Source: Blasia pusilla (Eukaryota). Taken from it: DNA of 64,000 nt. The stretch spans positions 124,001 through 188,000 of the forward strand of contig CM114271.1 of the NCBI GenBank assembly GCA_050084515.1, in the 5' to 3' direction. The notes under the pieces are model-generated. The model saw nothing but the letters and a program-made list of their open reading frames with translations, made no database searches and was not told the origin of the DNA. Positions 52,401 through 64,000 of the stretch are shown piece by piece. The stretch's first letter is position 1, and each line of letters begins with the position of its first letter. The translations under genes were made by a program, and so were the position numbers.

Positions 52401-53599
52401 CTCTGTTTGGTGTTGGCAACCCACACTGCTGCGACATGTGCCAGTGAGGAATGAATGATATGCAAAATGTGAGAGTGCTTTACTCCTATGTGATGTCCCG
52501 GCAATGTGGGACAGTCTGGACAGTCCGTTCACCTTTGTGGGCACAAGGTGTGAGACTACTTTCTCAGTAGTCTTCTTAATCTGAGCATCCCACATGCAGT
52601 CTTCTGAAAATTCAATACACTGAGAGAATCTCGCATTCACCCCAGTACCGGTGTTGGTCTTGGTCCTCCCTGGCATTGAATATCATCACACTGCACTTCG
52701 ATACATTTGCATCCATGCCCCACATATCATGATGTCAGCTTCCTCACGAACGGCCAAAGTGTGAGATCGGATCTGGAGGATAGACATGAAATCACCAAGT
52801 TGAAATGGCGGAGACAGCTGGAGGCAATGGATTCCCACCGCTATCCTTAAGTAATGATGAGGAAAGTCTGGACCCACAGAAGACCAGTAAAACAGGCCAA
52901 AACTTGGACGAAAAAGGTTAAAAAGACTGTGCAAGCCATCAAGCCCCCCTGCAGGGCCTGAACTGTGGGAGTCAGATGAGAGACCATTTGTGGATACCCT
53001 AACTGAAGCAGTGGGAAATCGCCCACAGCAGAAACGCATAGAGGAAGCCATGAAATTGTCAAACCTCTCTCCCTTGATATATATCCTGAAGGAGCAGAAC
53101 TGAACAACTGTACCCCTTGCTTGGGTACCAGGCTGAAGTTCAAGTGTGGGACAGGCAATCCCCTTGATCCACAATGAAAGCAGGATATGAACACAACTAG
53201 ACTACTGCACTTTGTGTGACAATGGGTATGAAACTACTTGGTCTCCTGCACAAAATTTACAACATACAGAGCAAGAGTATATGCTGATATTGCTAAGCTG
53301 ATCACACCAGAATTGTTGAACACATTTAGTAGCATAGATTCACTGCCCAAAGCTGCTGCACTTGTAAGTAATGGGAATTGGGGATCCCCATCAGATAAAG
53401 TAGATGGTGTTGTAAACAGCTTTCTGATTGACACTCTCTGCACCAACACTCTGTATGGTCAGCACTCACACTGTATGACAGTATCTTCCTCCTCTCATAC
53501 GGTACCAGTCTCGAGCACCGTCCGACCAGGGCATGGGGTCTAGGGTTGCAAGGCTATGACAGGCACTACTGAATGAGTAGAGTCTCTCCGGCAACTAAA

Positions 53600-54900
53600 A
53601 TCTTCTTGTAGCAAAATCCAGGAAAAATCGCCATCCTTGAATTATCAAGAAATAGGTCCAGCAATTCTCAATCATTCACACCAACATAGCATGCCTATGA
53701 GTCCAAGCAACAAAGATCCATAGGCATCTCTCAAGATTCCTTTCCCTTGCTTCCCGTGCAAAGCAAGAATGAGTCTCAAATTCCTACCACTTTCCCTGTA
53801 AAGTCTTTGTAGTAATCGGGAAGGAGTATATTTGGGGTGAGTTCTAGATCAAGAGATTTTCAGACAGAACCCTAATGGGTACTTCACCAGTTCACTTAAC
53901 CAGAACTTTCCTTAACAGTGGTGTAGGGGCTCACCTCCCTCACAAAGAGAAGTTCTCTTTCTAGTTTCTAAGGTGTCAGGAGTGTAGAAGTGCTCCCAAA
54001 TACACATCTAGACACTTTCCTAGGACACTTCTCTACTTTGCAGTTTGCTTCCCTGATGCCCAGATGGCTGACCAACGCCATGGGCTCTATACGATTATAC
54101 GATTCCCAAACACCTAGCAAATGGTTAGAGGACAATTGCAGAGGGTCTGACACGGGTGTCGTAAATACAAAGGGTGCCTGCCACCAAACTGTATTCTGAC
54201 TGTTCCTTCTCAGTTACTACAAGGGCACGCACGGATCCCTCGAATAATTTCATGTATCAAAACAAAGAGTCAACCATGTCCACCAAAGATAGGAGGAGCA
54301 TCAGAAAGTGGTTTCATATCCACCTCCCTCTTTTATCAATTCAGTACTCTAAACGCTTGAGAGATTCCTCCAGACCTTTGCAGCCATCCTCAACCCAGGA
54401 AAACCATCATGCATCAGATCTGCCCAAGATGACTTCCGCCATGAAGCATGGGCCCTTGCTTCTCCACCTCTATACTGCAATAGGGATCTGTCTGAGGAAG
54501 AAAGGAAGGCACACCAGTCGGTCTCCATGGGTTTAGCTCCCTTAACTGAAGAAAAATAACTGTCACCGAAGACCCTCAAAGTACACTCAAGGAAATCATG
54601 TAATACATTCCAGCGGAAGAAAGTGTGAAGTGTCCGAACGAAACAAAAGAAACAGCCAGTGGCATAGTTTGAAAAACGTCAGGGATCTTTCGAGGTTAAA
54701 AGCTGCATATCGACCAATTCAGGGGATCCCAAAATCAAGTCAGTCACAATACAAGAAGAATCCACCACCAGCACCCCACCAATGTAGCTCACACGCCCAA
54801 AGAGAAAAGGACGTAATCTGCAGTAGCAATGGCCAACCAGTCAAGCCAACTTGGAATGTTGGGTTCAGCAATAGGGGTGGGGCCAGAAATAGTACAAGAG
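53600..54900 (-). mobile_element. Heavily decayed LINE-like RT remnant
   Basis: Only weak traces: a frameshifted G..QGDP..PFLF-like stretch at ~54560-54495 and LGV at ~54110. Confidence 0.35.
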
Positions 54901-57839
54901 CAGAAGATAAACTGTATGAAATCCAGCGTGGTTACCCTTAGAGCATGGATATAGCAAGGGAGGCAGGTGCGTGTCACAGGGCAGGTGTTTTAGAAGCTAA
55001 AGCCTTTCAAACCTTGCAATCAGCTGCACTGGGTAAATGTTGTTGGAAATGCATCATCAATCACATATGAATCCTGCAAGTTGCAAGCTGATCAGGGATA
55101 TATCCTGCTACATAGTCCAACTTTTCTATCACAAGTATTTCTCGAGCTGCGCTACTTCTCATCTTCCCAGCCATCTACACTCAACTGCAAGATAAAAAGA
55201 GAATATCCCACAAGAGTCCACTTCTCTTCAAGGCATTTGATAATCATGAAACAATTACAGAAGTGACTTGGAAGGATATTTACAAGGACACATACAATCA
55301 TTAATCCTTCCACTGACAATATGTATGTAATCACAGAGAGCTGAGCTGATATCCAATAGAGCTTGTGTTTTTTATATTGCATGCTGGTGATTAAAGAGGC
55401 ATGTAACCAATGCACATGATGGCCAGTCAATACATCCCAAGTTATCAGACTCTTGCAGAGCTTTAACTTTAACTTGAGACCTTCGATACCAAGATAAAGA
55501 CATTGGCATGGGTATCTAGGACTGAACCCTCAGATATGGACACCATTGGAAAATAGATGGAGCACACTGGATTCAACACACATCAGGAAAGACCACAGTT
55601 ACTGAGTGAACAGTGGAATCATCTTTCTCGTGTACAGAAATCCACCTCTGACGGGCCAGGTCATGAATCAGCAGCTTAAGATTGCTGCTTACTCCTGTGA
55701 GGCAAGCAAGGTAATTTTTTGGAGCACCTAAACTGCAGCAATATGTCTTGCAATTCCCATGGTTAGGCTCCAAAAAGAATGTTAAATAATCATGGACAAG
55801 CACTCTTTCTGCTCTTGTTCCAAGAATTTCCAAATCAATTTCCCAGAAGGAATCCAAGAGATATCACTGAAGCAGGACATTCGATATCATGCAAAAAGAG
55901 CCTTTCACGATACTTCAAGTGGAGGGGATTCCATAGAATAAGTGACACAAATACCATCACTATCTTTGTCACAATGATAGGGCGTCTAGCTTTCAGCACT
56001 TGGACCAAACCTGCAATCATGCGCAGTTCTCTACGTTGGACTAAAACAGAACATTTAACTCTCCTAACAGGAAACGTGGGCACAGTCATCACACCCAGAC
56101 TTGGGTATCAAGAAGCCCAGGTACAATTCTAATGAATCAAACTATGAGTACCCATGACTGTAACAGGGTACATATGATACACTCTTACATCAATGTCCCC
56201 CATTGATGACAAGGTATTATCTGTGCCTATGGTGTGCTTCTATTTGGAGATCTACTTATGAACACAATCTTGAATAAGAGGGTGCAGAAGCATATCCATG
56301 ACTTATGGAGTTTGACCGTCCACCCCATTGGCTTAATTGGGTTAGATGGGCATTGTTATATTGTGCATGAGTTGATGGAGTTAACAAGTTGTCTGCCATC
56401 ACCAAGCCCTGACCTCCATACCCTGCTCAGCAATGAAACCCCAGAAATAATGAGCTACAGTCACATGAGATATTCGGCTGTTATGGTTGGACGAGAAAAT
56501 AAAATCCACAGGTCTTACCAGCTTCTGATGTCCACCAATACTAGAACATTATTAAGAAAACATTCTAAAAAGACAACAGACCCGAATGCCCACTTTTTAA
56601 GGATCTAGTTCATACTTTTGGTTGTAAAAACATGGTAACATGGAGTTTACTGTAGTGAAAAGTAAGTTATAGTATTACTGTAGTAACTTAGTGATTTACC
56701 AAAGCAAATAGTAAAAATTGTTTACCATAGATTTACCTCAGTAATTCTATGAATTACTATGGGCAGCACACCCTAACCTAAAACCTAGAGCATCATCGAT
56801 TGGCTGTATCTTTTCTGGCGAATGTACGTTCTCTCACACCTTTTCATACTCACCTCTATGAGTTTGAGAAGCTGATTGAGCAGCACTGACTGCACTTTGC
56901 TTACCTGAGTGGAGTGTTCTTTTGACCTTTGTAGTGCAGCATGCTTCTGCTTACAGACTGAGTGATCTGCTGACCTGAGGGGTTCAGAGAGTCTTGTGAT
57001 GCAAGTTGTCTCGTGGTTGCTATTGACATGTCTACAACTACTAAACTGAGTGGTGGTTATTGCACTAAGTGTGCTTGTCAATGCTAGGAAATCTGGTAGT
57101 ACAGGTTGTCTGGTACTTTCCTCTACAATGTAACCTGAGTTGTTGCTATGGCACTAAGTGTGCTTGTAAGAGCTAGGTTGTAAAGGAACTCTGATATTTT
57201 AAAACCTTTCACCCAGTCCTAAAAGATTTCACTACAGGTTTAGAAATGTTCATACCAACAAGTGAAGAGGATGGAATCATACTCAAACTTGCTTACACTG
57301 TAGTGTTTTGAGTGTGAGGTTTGAGAGAAATCTGCCAACCCTCATGAGCAGTACTGGTGGATTCTTGCAATCCTCTTGGAAGTTCCAGAAACTGTCATTA
57401 ACCAAACGAGAACAGATTATATCTAACCCAGCCCCACACTTTCTGAACTCAAGCAGGCAGATTAGAGTGCCCAGCCATAAGAATTTCACACCATAAAGTC
57501 TTCAAGGGAAATTTAACATAGATCAGGGGAGTATAGAAACCCCAAACCTTGGACGTATGGAATAAGAGCCCTGGTGGTAATACCACACTAGGTTATATTC
57601 TTCAGAAAAAGGATTACAAACTCTCCCTGGCTTCCCACATTATCTCACATAGCTCATTTTACATGGAAATTTCCAACCAGAATGCATTGTGCTTACTCCA
57701 TTCAGTACTTACGTGGAACCCCATTTGCCCAAAAATAGAATTTTGAAAACAAAGAAAACCTCCAGTATTTAATATCCTTGATCGATGCTCATCAGATTAG
57801 TGAGTATATCATGCAAGTAAAACCATGTGCTAATAGATT

Positions 57840-59348
57840 TCAATGCACGGTAGAAGGAAGGAGAAAAATACCTGGAGAATGGGAAGGGTAGTAATGTGGT
57901 GAACTATTTTGAGAGGAGATTTGCTGGGGGTACCCATTGATTTCTCGATTTCTGCTGGGAGTCGCTGGACCTAGCTGCTCAGATTGCTGAGACGACTTGT
58001 CTGCATGAGGAAACCGATGAGCTCCATTATCTGCTCCGGATGCTGATAGGTGAGATTTCTCCCCACCTGATATCTGCAAAGAACTACCAGAGTCAGAGAA
58101 ACGTATACACACACAGGTTCTTAACATATTTCACAAACTTAAGACTTGAAGCGGATCCCCCATCCCTGGTAGTACGACCAAATCCAGGTTGAGTGACCCA
58201 CACAACGTAACCCGTACCAGTTGTTCTAGAGAGACTGTGGACTGCTTACCCAAATCCACCCAGAGGACAGACAGCAGGCACTGTCTTAACTGAAAACTCC
58301 CAATTGGAAAGATTTCTTTCTGCCTTAAAGACAGGACACAATGACAAACCGTGGAGACATAATCAACGGTACGGCAATCAGCGATTTACAAAGATGTCAC
58401 TACTGGTACAGACCACTAGGACTCGGAAAAGCAGAAAACTTCTTGAAAGCATCCAAATCCGGTATCGTTGAGTATAACATGCCCCGCACTTTCAGTATCC
58501 AGAGCTACTAGGACAGGCAAAGCACCCAAAGGAGAATCCTACCGCGAAGCGTAGGGATCGATTATAAAGAGAGACAAGGCCTGAGAACAGGCTCAATGCA
58601 TACAGAGCACTCTCCTCTGTCCGGTATTCTGAGAAAGCGAACCCTTTGTGTCGCTTAGTTTCTTTGTCTCGAGGTATGTAAACCTCTACTAATGGCCCAG
58701 CTTGGACCATGATCTCGTAAAGTAACCTTTCGTCCACTCTTTCATCCAAGTTCCCTATCATGACAAAATTTAACTACGATCAGATGGGTGAACCTTCACC
58801 GTAAATGATGACAAAAGAAGCACACCCACTAACATCCAGGACGAGCAGAAGGTGGAAAAGGCAGTATGCCGGGTCTCCAAGTTGTTGAAGAGGCCAATGA
58901 ACTTGTCGTCCAAATCTGTTAGCACCTCGCAGTTTAAATTCACTGTCTCAGGCTAGCCCAGAGATGTCTGCAAGCTCCGAGAGAAGTAAACGCTGAAGTG
59001 AAAGACCTTTCCGAAAGATGATTTGCAAGAAACAATACATTATTCATGCCTCGGTCGGTAACAATAGTATGTTCAAAAACATATAACCCATTCGGAAGCG
59101 AGGAGTTCCGTGTTCCTTTGTCTATCCCTGTGTGGCTTCTTTCACAGCCTTCGGCGGGACTATCTACTTGCATGAGTGTCGAGCATCTCCGGCTAAACCT
59201 AACCCTGAGGACCACTTCTCGACTTCCATCTAGGAAATGTTAGTACCAATACAGGAACCGACCTTATCGATCTACGCAATAGTCCGGGAAAACGAGCACT
59301 ACAACCACACTCACCAATAAAAACCGTCGTCTCGGTCCCTCCGGAAAT
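57840..59348 (-). CDS. RBM7: Spliced single-RRM RNA-binding protein, RBM7-like (SF3B4-related RRM). Exons 59348-59315, 58754-58543 and 58073-~57872/57840; the 3' end and start codon are uncertain
   Basis: GT/AG junctions keep frame: SGGTETTVFIG|NLDERVDERLLYEIMVQAGPLVEVYIPRDKETKRHKGFAFSEY..LFSGLVSLYNRSLRFA|ISGGEK. RNP2 (VFIGNL) and RNP1 (KGFAFSEY) are present, followed by a low-complexity tail. Confidence 0.78.
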
Positions 59349-60114
59349 GATCGTCAATGACGGAAGGCCAATGTGCACAAAAAGAAAAGAAACCTGAGAA
59401 ACGATACGCAACCGAGCTTCGTCACCTACAAACTAGTCCAACGAACAATTGCAACCGAACATACCAATGTAAACCGTCGCCTCTGTATTTCCCGGCATGG
59501 TCGTCAGCGAAGAAAATCCGATCTCCTGCGATAGAGAGACAGCAACGCAGGGGAAAGAAATATGTCCAACTCATAAAAAAACCACAAGTCTCACAGAAAA
59601 CTCCAGAAGGTGGCGCGCGTTCAGATTTCGTCAGGCAGAATCGGCAATTGACTGCGAAACATTCCAGAATCTCGACTCCGATCTCGTCACTCCTAACACC
59701 GAAAGTCGCGGGGCACCGGACACTTTCGCAGGCTCCTCCACTCCGCAGCAGACGTGTGCTCGTACTCCGCACTCCGCTGCGCTGCCACTGCTGGCACCAA
59801 TCGCCGGGTCCTACTGCGTACCGCGTCGGAGCAATTGATCAAACCGCTCAAGATCTTTCATTGAATCGCTGAGTGAACTGCGTTCGTTCAAACTCTCGCG
59901 GTGGTGTCTTCCGGAATGTACCTGTACCGACAGACTGTCGTATGGAAACACTTGCTCGTCTTCCGTGACCTTCTCCATCGCGCGTTCCCGGCCACTCGTG
60001 GCCTCATCGGAACGCGCCACGTTTTCACGGCCTTCAAATGCACCGTCTATTCATTCGACTTGATCGACCCCCATGGGGGGTTTTGGGGGGGGGGGACCTT
60101 ACGAGGCGGGACCG

Positions 60115-60420
60115 GGATGTGGAGACGGCATTGCTAGGGCCCATGCTTTTTTTAGTTGTGGTTAATATTCTTTTTTTCTTTTAGTGAGGTTAAGATTTAA
60201 AGGTTTCCCTTTTATTCTTGGCGTTGAGCTGGGTATGGTCATGGAGTCCGCCCTCCTCGTATCTCCCCATCTTTTTGATCCCATCTTTTTATTCGTATTT
60301 CTTTATTTTCTATCAAAAATGCCCCAAAAGAATAGGGATGTCAAAGACCTTTGGGTATGCATATTTCCATTTGGATGGAGATGCCCATTTCTAGTAGATG
60401 GGTTTTCCATCACACGTTTT
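60115..60420 (+). mobile_element. Decayed CRE 3' fragment
   Basis: ggagacggcattgctagggccca resembles 6573-6598, and gatgggttttccatc lies at ~60397. Confidence 0.5.
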
Positions 60421-60633
60421 TATCGAAGTGCATCATTCCCCTTTCTAGTAGAGGAATATGCACTAGACAATGATTTTCTAAAACTAAACACTTGTCTATA
60501 TCATAACAAGTAATTGGGAGTACACGGAGTATTCTCCACAAGTGATGATTTTATTCACAATTCTTCATCATTCTACGTAACATCCTCTAAAGAGATGATT
60601 CATATGTAAGTATGGTTCATATAAGACCACTAG

Positions 60634-61058
60634 TAAGGTGTCTGTGCGATGCACAGGAAATAAAAAATTGCTTGAAGAGCTAGTGTATAACCCGTGAAGG
60701 GAAGAGATTAATGATGATGCATATAAATTCAAATTTTTTTCTTGTTGCTCGTAGCATGTGAAACATTTTCTTGCTGCCCATTTGCCACGTGTCAAACAGA
60801 GAGGTGTTTGCAAATCAAGAAGGCACTCTCCCATAATAATATAGATAAGGTGCTCATGCGATGCACGCGAAATAAAAAATTCTTTGAAGAGCTAGAGTGT
60901 AGCCCGTGAAGGAAAGACATTAATGATGTTGCATATAAATTCAAATTTTTTTCTTATTGCTCGTAGCATGTGAAACATTTTCTTGCTACCTAGTTGCCAT
61001 GTGTCAAGCAAAGAAGTGTTTGCAAATTAAGAAGGCACTCTCCCATAATAATATAGAT
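60634..61058. repeat. Direct tandem duplication of a ~212-bp unit
   Basis: taaggtg..gcgatgcac..gaagagctag...gaaggcactctcccataataatatagat occurs twice back to back. Confidence 0.9.
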
Positions 61059-61899
61059 GATGCAATCTTCTACTCTCCCACTTTTATTTAGTAGATACGA
61101 GTATTAGCTTTGTTAGGAGTAGCATTAAATAGATTGGGCATAATAGCGATACTACTTGCCTACAACACTCCTTTTTTTTAAGGTATCTCCCATGTGCCAC
61201 ATCTTCAAATTGGATGAAAAGATATATATATCCACACAACGTATCTTGTATTGGAATTTCTTATCTTGATCTGGTCTAGGTAGGTCGAAGATGGTCTTCC
61301 AAGGAGGAGGGTAACCTAAATATGTACATTAACGCTTGGTTTGGGCTCATTTAGAGCTATTCTTAGGAACGTATAATTTCAAGCAAGCCTCGTATTTCTC
61401 AGATTACTTTACTTCCTTTTTGGGAAGAATCCCATAATCGAATATTGTAGGTTAAGATACAAAAAGTAAGGAGGACCATAACTCCACCACTTGATGGAAG
61501 TAAGGAGGACACATACTTACTTATTCTAGGTTAAGTCTCTCATCATGAGAGTGGGTTTGGCAAGTTGGGGACTATGTTTATGTCCTGCACCTACTCCCTT
61601 GAACATCAATCTTTCGTGTTGCGGAAGCGTACATTCAGTAGGACACACTCTCACTGTTAGTCTACACCCAAACACACTCACGTTAGTATGGTCTGTGACA
61701 ATCAGCCTTCCAACTCCTTGAGTTCTCAACTCAACCATACATCAACCTCAACCTTCCTAGTTCCTCACTTCTCAACATGGTCAAGTCTTCCGGGACTTGG
61801 GATAGACTTTCTGGTTGGTCCAGGCACCTAAAACAACGTGCGCACACCTAGCGGTCCCACCTATCTAATAGACCTTGCATCAGCCCCTAGCCGAGACTT

Positions 61900-64000
61900 A
61901 ACTAATTAAGTCGCGGGTTGGAATTCATTAGAGACCTCCAAAATCCACTCTATTGGACTTAGTTTCGGTTTCAAGTCCCAATGTCAAACTCCAAATCCAT
62001 TTCGTGCCCTTGGTTTGCTCCGCGGCGCCCCAAAGTGTAGTTCAAGTCCCAAACACTCTTGGAGACCTTCCCCCTTACTAGTACTTCTGGGGTTCTCCAC
62101 CCTCCCCCTATCTTTTGGGAAGAGACATTCGGGCCCCTCGTTTTGGCCCTCAACCAAACTCCTCGTAAAATTGTTTTTGGGATGTTTCTCAACTTGTGCT
62201 TGTGTGTTTGCTGAGATCTTTGGTGCGTTAGAATCGACTTTGCATAAGATTTCCAATGCCATTTTATTAGATTGCCTCTTCTTCGGCCCAAGTCCACACC
62301 CACCTTCTAGCAATTATGCTTCGATTCCTTCAATGAGATTTGGTGGTGGTGGTGTCTCTCTTCTCATGTGAATTCTCAACTTGGGCCCAAATCCATGGAT
62401 AAGTTAGTGTACGAGATCTTCCTCCCTTTGTCCGCAATGTGATCTTAGTTCACGAGCTCCATTGATGTAATGTTTGATAGTCTCATCTTTCTGTTGCTTG
62501 ACTTTTGCTCTTGATTGATTTTAACCTTTTGTTCATCAACATACTCTTGGCGAAATGCTTACTTAAGGACTTCATGGATATCCACTTTAGGTATCATCCC
62601 TAGCAAAAAACCTAGAGTTTCATCCACACAATGTTTAAATAAAGTACATATGTCATCATCTTCAACAATCCATGCCAATTTAATAACATTGGAGAATTGA
62701 ATTTGAATACAAGGATCCTACGTTTGGATCCTTGTGCATTGTGTATCTTACTTGAGATAATGCTATAGTAGCAACATTAATCCTCCAACCTCGTTTGTCT
62801 AGCACAATTTGATATATCATCCATTGTCTTGGAAATCGTTCGTCGGATGGGGACTATTGGTGCAATCGGAGGTTCTCTTTCCACATATGCTTCCTCATCC
62901 GACGGGAGACTATCCTAACCACATTATTGTCAATTATGTAGACTTTAAGTGACCATCTTTTTTTATGTACTACTTCTAGTTTGCAATCCTTGAATAGGAA
63001 TTCAAATTTCTAAGTCCCCACTATGGTTGTAAAACTCAAAATGCTTAAGAACCTCGCACTTTATCATTCCCCTAGCCACTCATACATTGGAACTCATCCG
63101 CACATTTCTACATTCATATATATATACTTATTGGTTCTCCAAGAATGAAGCTAGCCCTCAGCTAGATATTTCAATTTTGCTTACATGACTTGGCAAGATA
63201 TAATGACCAAGATCCAAATTTATGTCTCACAAGCATTCTTTAATCATAAGCTTTGAGATCTCTTTTATTCTTCCTTATGTGTCTATATCCTCCTCTCTAC
63301 CCTATTGATACTTTTTATACTAACTTGTCTACACTAGAATTACTTCTTCTATTTCCATCTATTTGTTTGCCTACATCAAACACTCCCAACACCATTAGTT
63401 CTTCTTCGTGGTCCATCAACTTACCACTTATGTATTGCACTCTTCCACTTGCCTCTACAATTTCCTTATGATTTGGCCCATAAAAATCCTCCTTTGGTTA
63501 ATCTTGGTAACATTATCATGACACATGCACCTCTCCTCCCTTAGAGAATAATCCACTTCAATGCCACAAGATTTGGATAACTCTAGATCTAATATTACAG
63601 TAAGAGTCTTTCTTCGAGTAAAGGAAACCTTCTAGTTATGGCAATGATTGATGCACGATGGGTTTTTAAACAAGTCGTTCACTAATTAGTATAAGATCAC
63701 GATATAGCCTTTCCACTCTCAAATGATATGGATTACAAATGGTTATGCTAAGGCACTTATTTCTTTGTTACAACTAAACTCGAAATTCCTAACAATGAAG
63801 CCTCTATAAGACACGTTATATATATTTACCAAGAAAATTGCACACTTTGTGTTAAAATCTACTTGAGGAGATCCATGTTTCCGTCAATCGCTAGTTGAGG
63901 CACATACAACGTGCAATCCCAAGTCCATCGGTATGTGACAATAATAAGTATCAATAGAGTTGGGAATTGCATGACTTGGTTCATGAACATCTCTCCCAAA
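61900..64000 (-). mobile_element. Decayed Ty3/Gypsy-like pol remnant
   Basis: Minus-strand traces of a protease-like VILD at ~63595, KKDGHLK at ~62960 and a DD motif at ~62655, in Gypsy order. There is no long ORF. Confidence 0.45.

Noticed and set aside
55500-56600. Possible further decayed retroelement
   Set aside because: No motif was clear enough to support a call.
59357-59872. 171-aa + strand ORF and overlapping ORFs
   Set aside because: No recognisable domain; most likely the GC-rich 5' UTR/promoter of the minus-strand RRM gene.

Overview
Eukaryotic, transposon-rich land-plant DNA. A bryophyte-like origin is inferred from the CRE-type LINEs, the MULE/SWIM element and GT-AG introns; this is not proven. 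The main feature is a dispersed tandem family of intronless ~102-aa secreted 4-Cys proteins resembling MiAMP1-type (beta/gamma-crystallin-like fold) antimicrobial peptides. There are four intact + strand genes (7291, 12612, 26790, 34728) and two minus-strand pseudogenes not called as such in the ORF track (~32338-32696, ~45680-45891). Three of the CDSs are ~99% identical, while their flanks are far more diverged. Between the copies lie two large degenerate CRE-clade non-LTR retrotransposons with several 3' fragments, a truncated Ty1/Copia, and a Helitron-Rep/MULE-SWIM chimera with an internal duplication. A Copia is also nested antisense inside the LTR of another Copia of the same family, with both TSDs visible. 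The right third holds decayed LINE and Gypsy remnants and a spliced minus-strand RRM gene (RBM7-like) whose expected start codon reads ATT. All family assignments come from motif recognition by eye; no database search was run.
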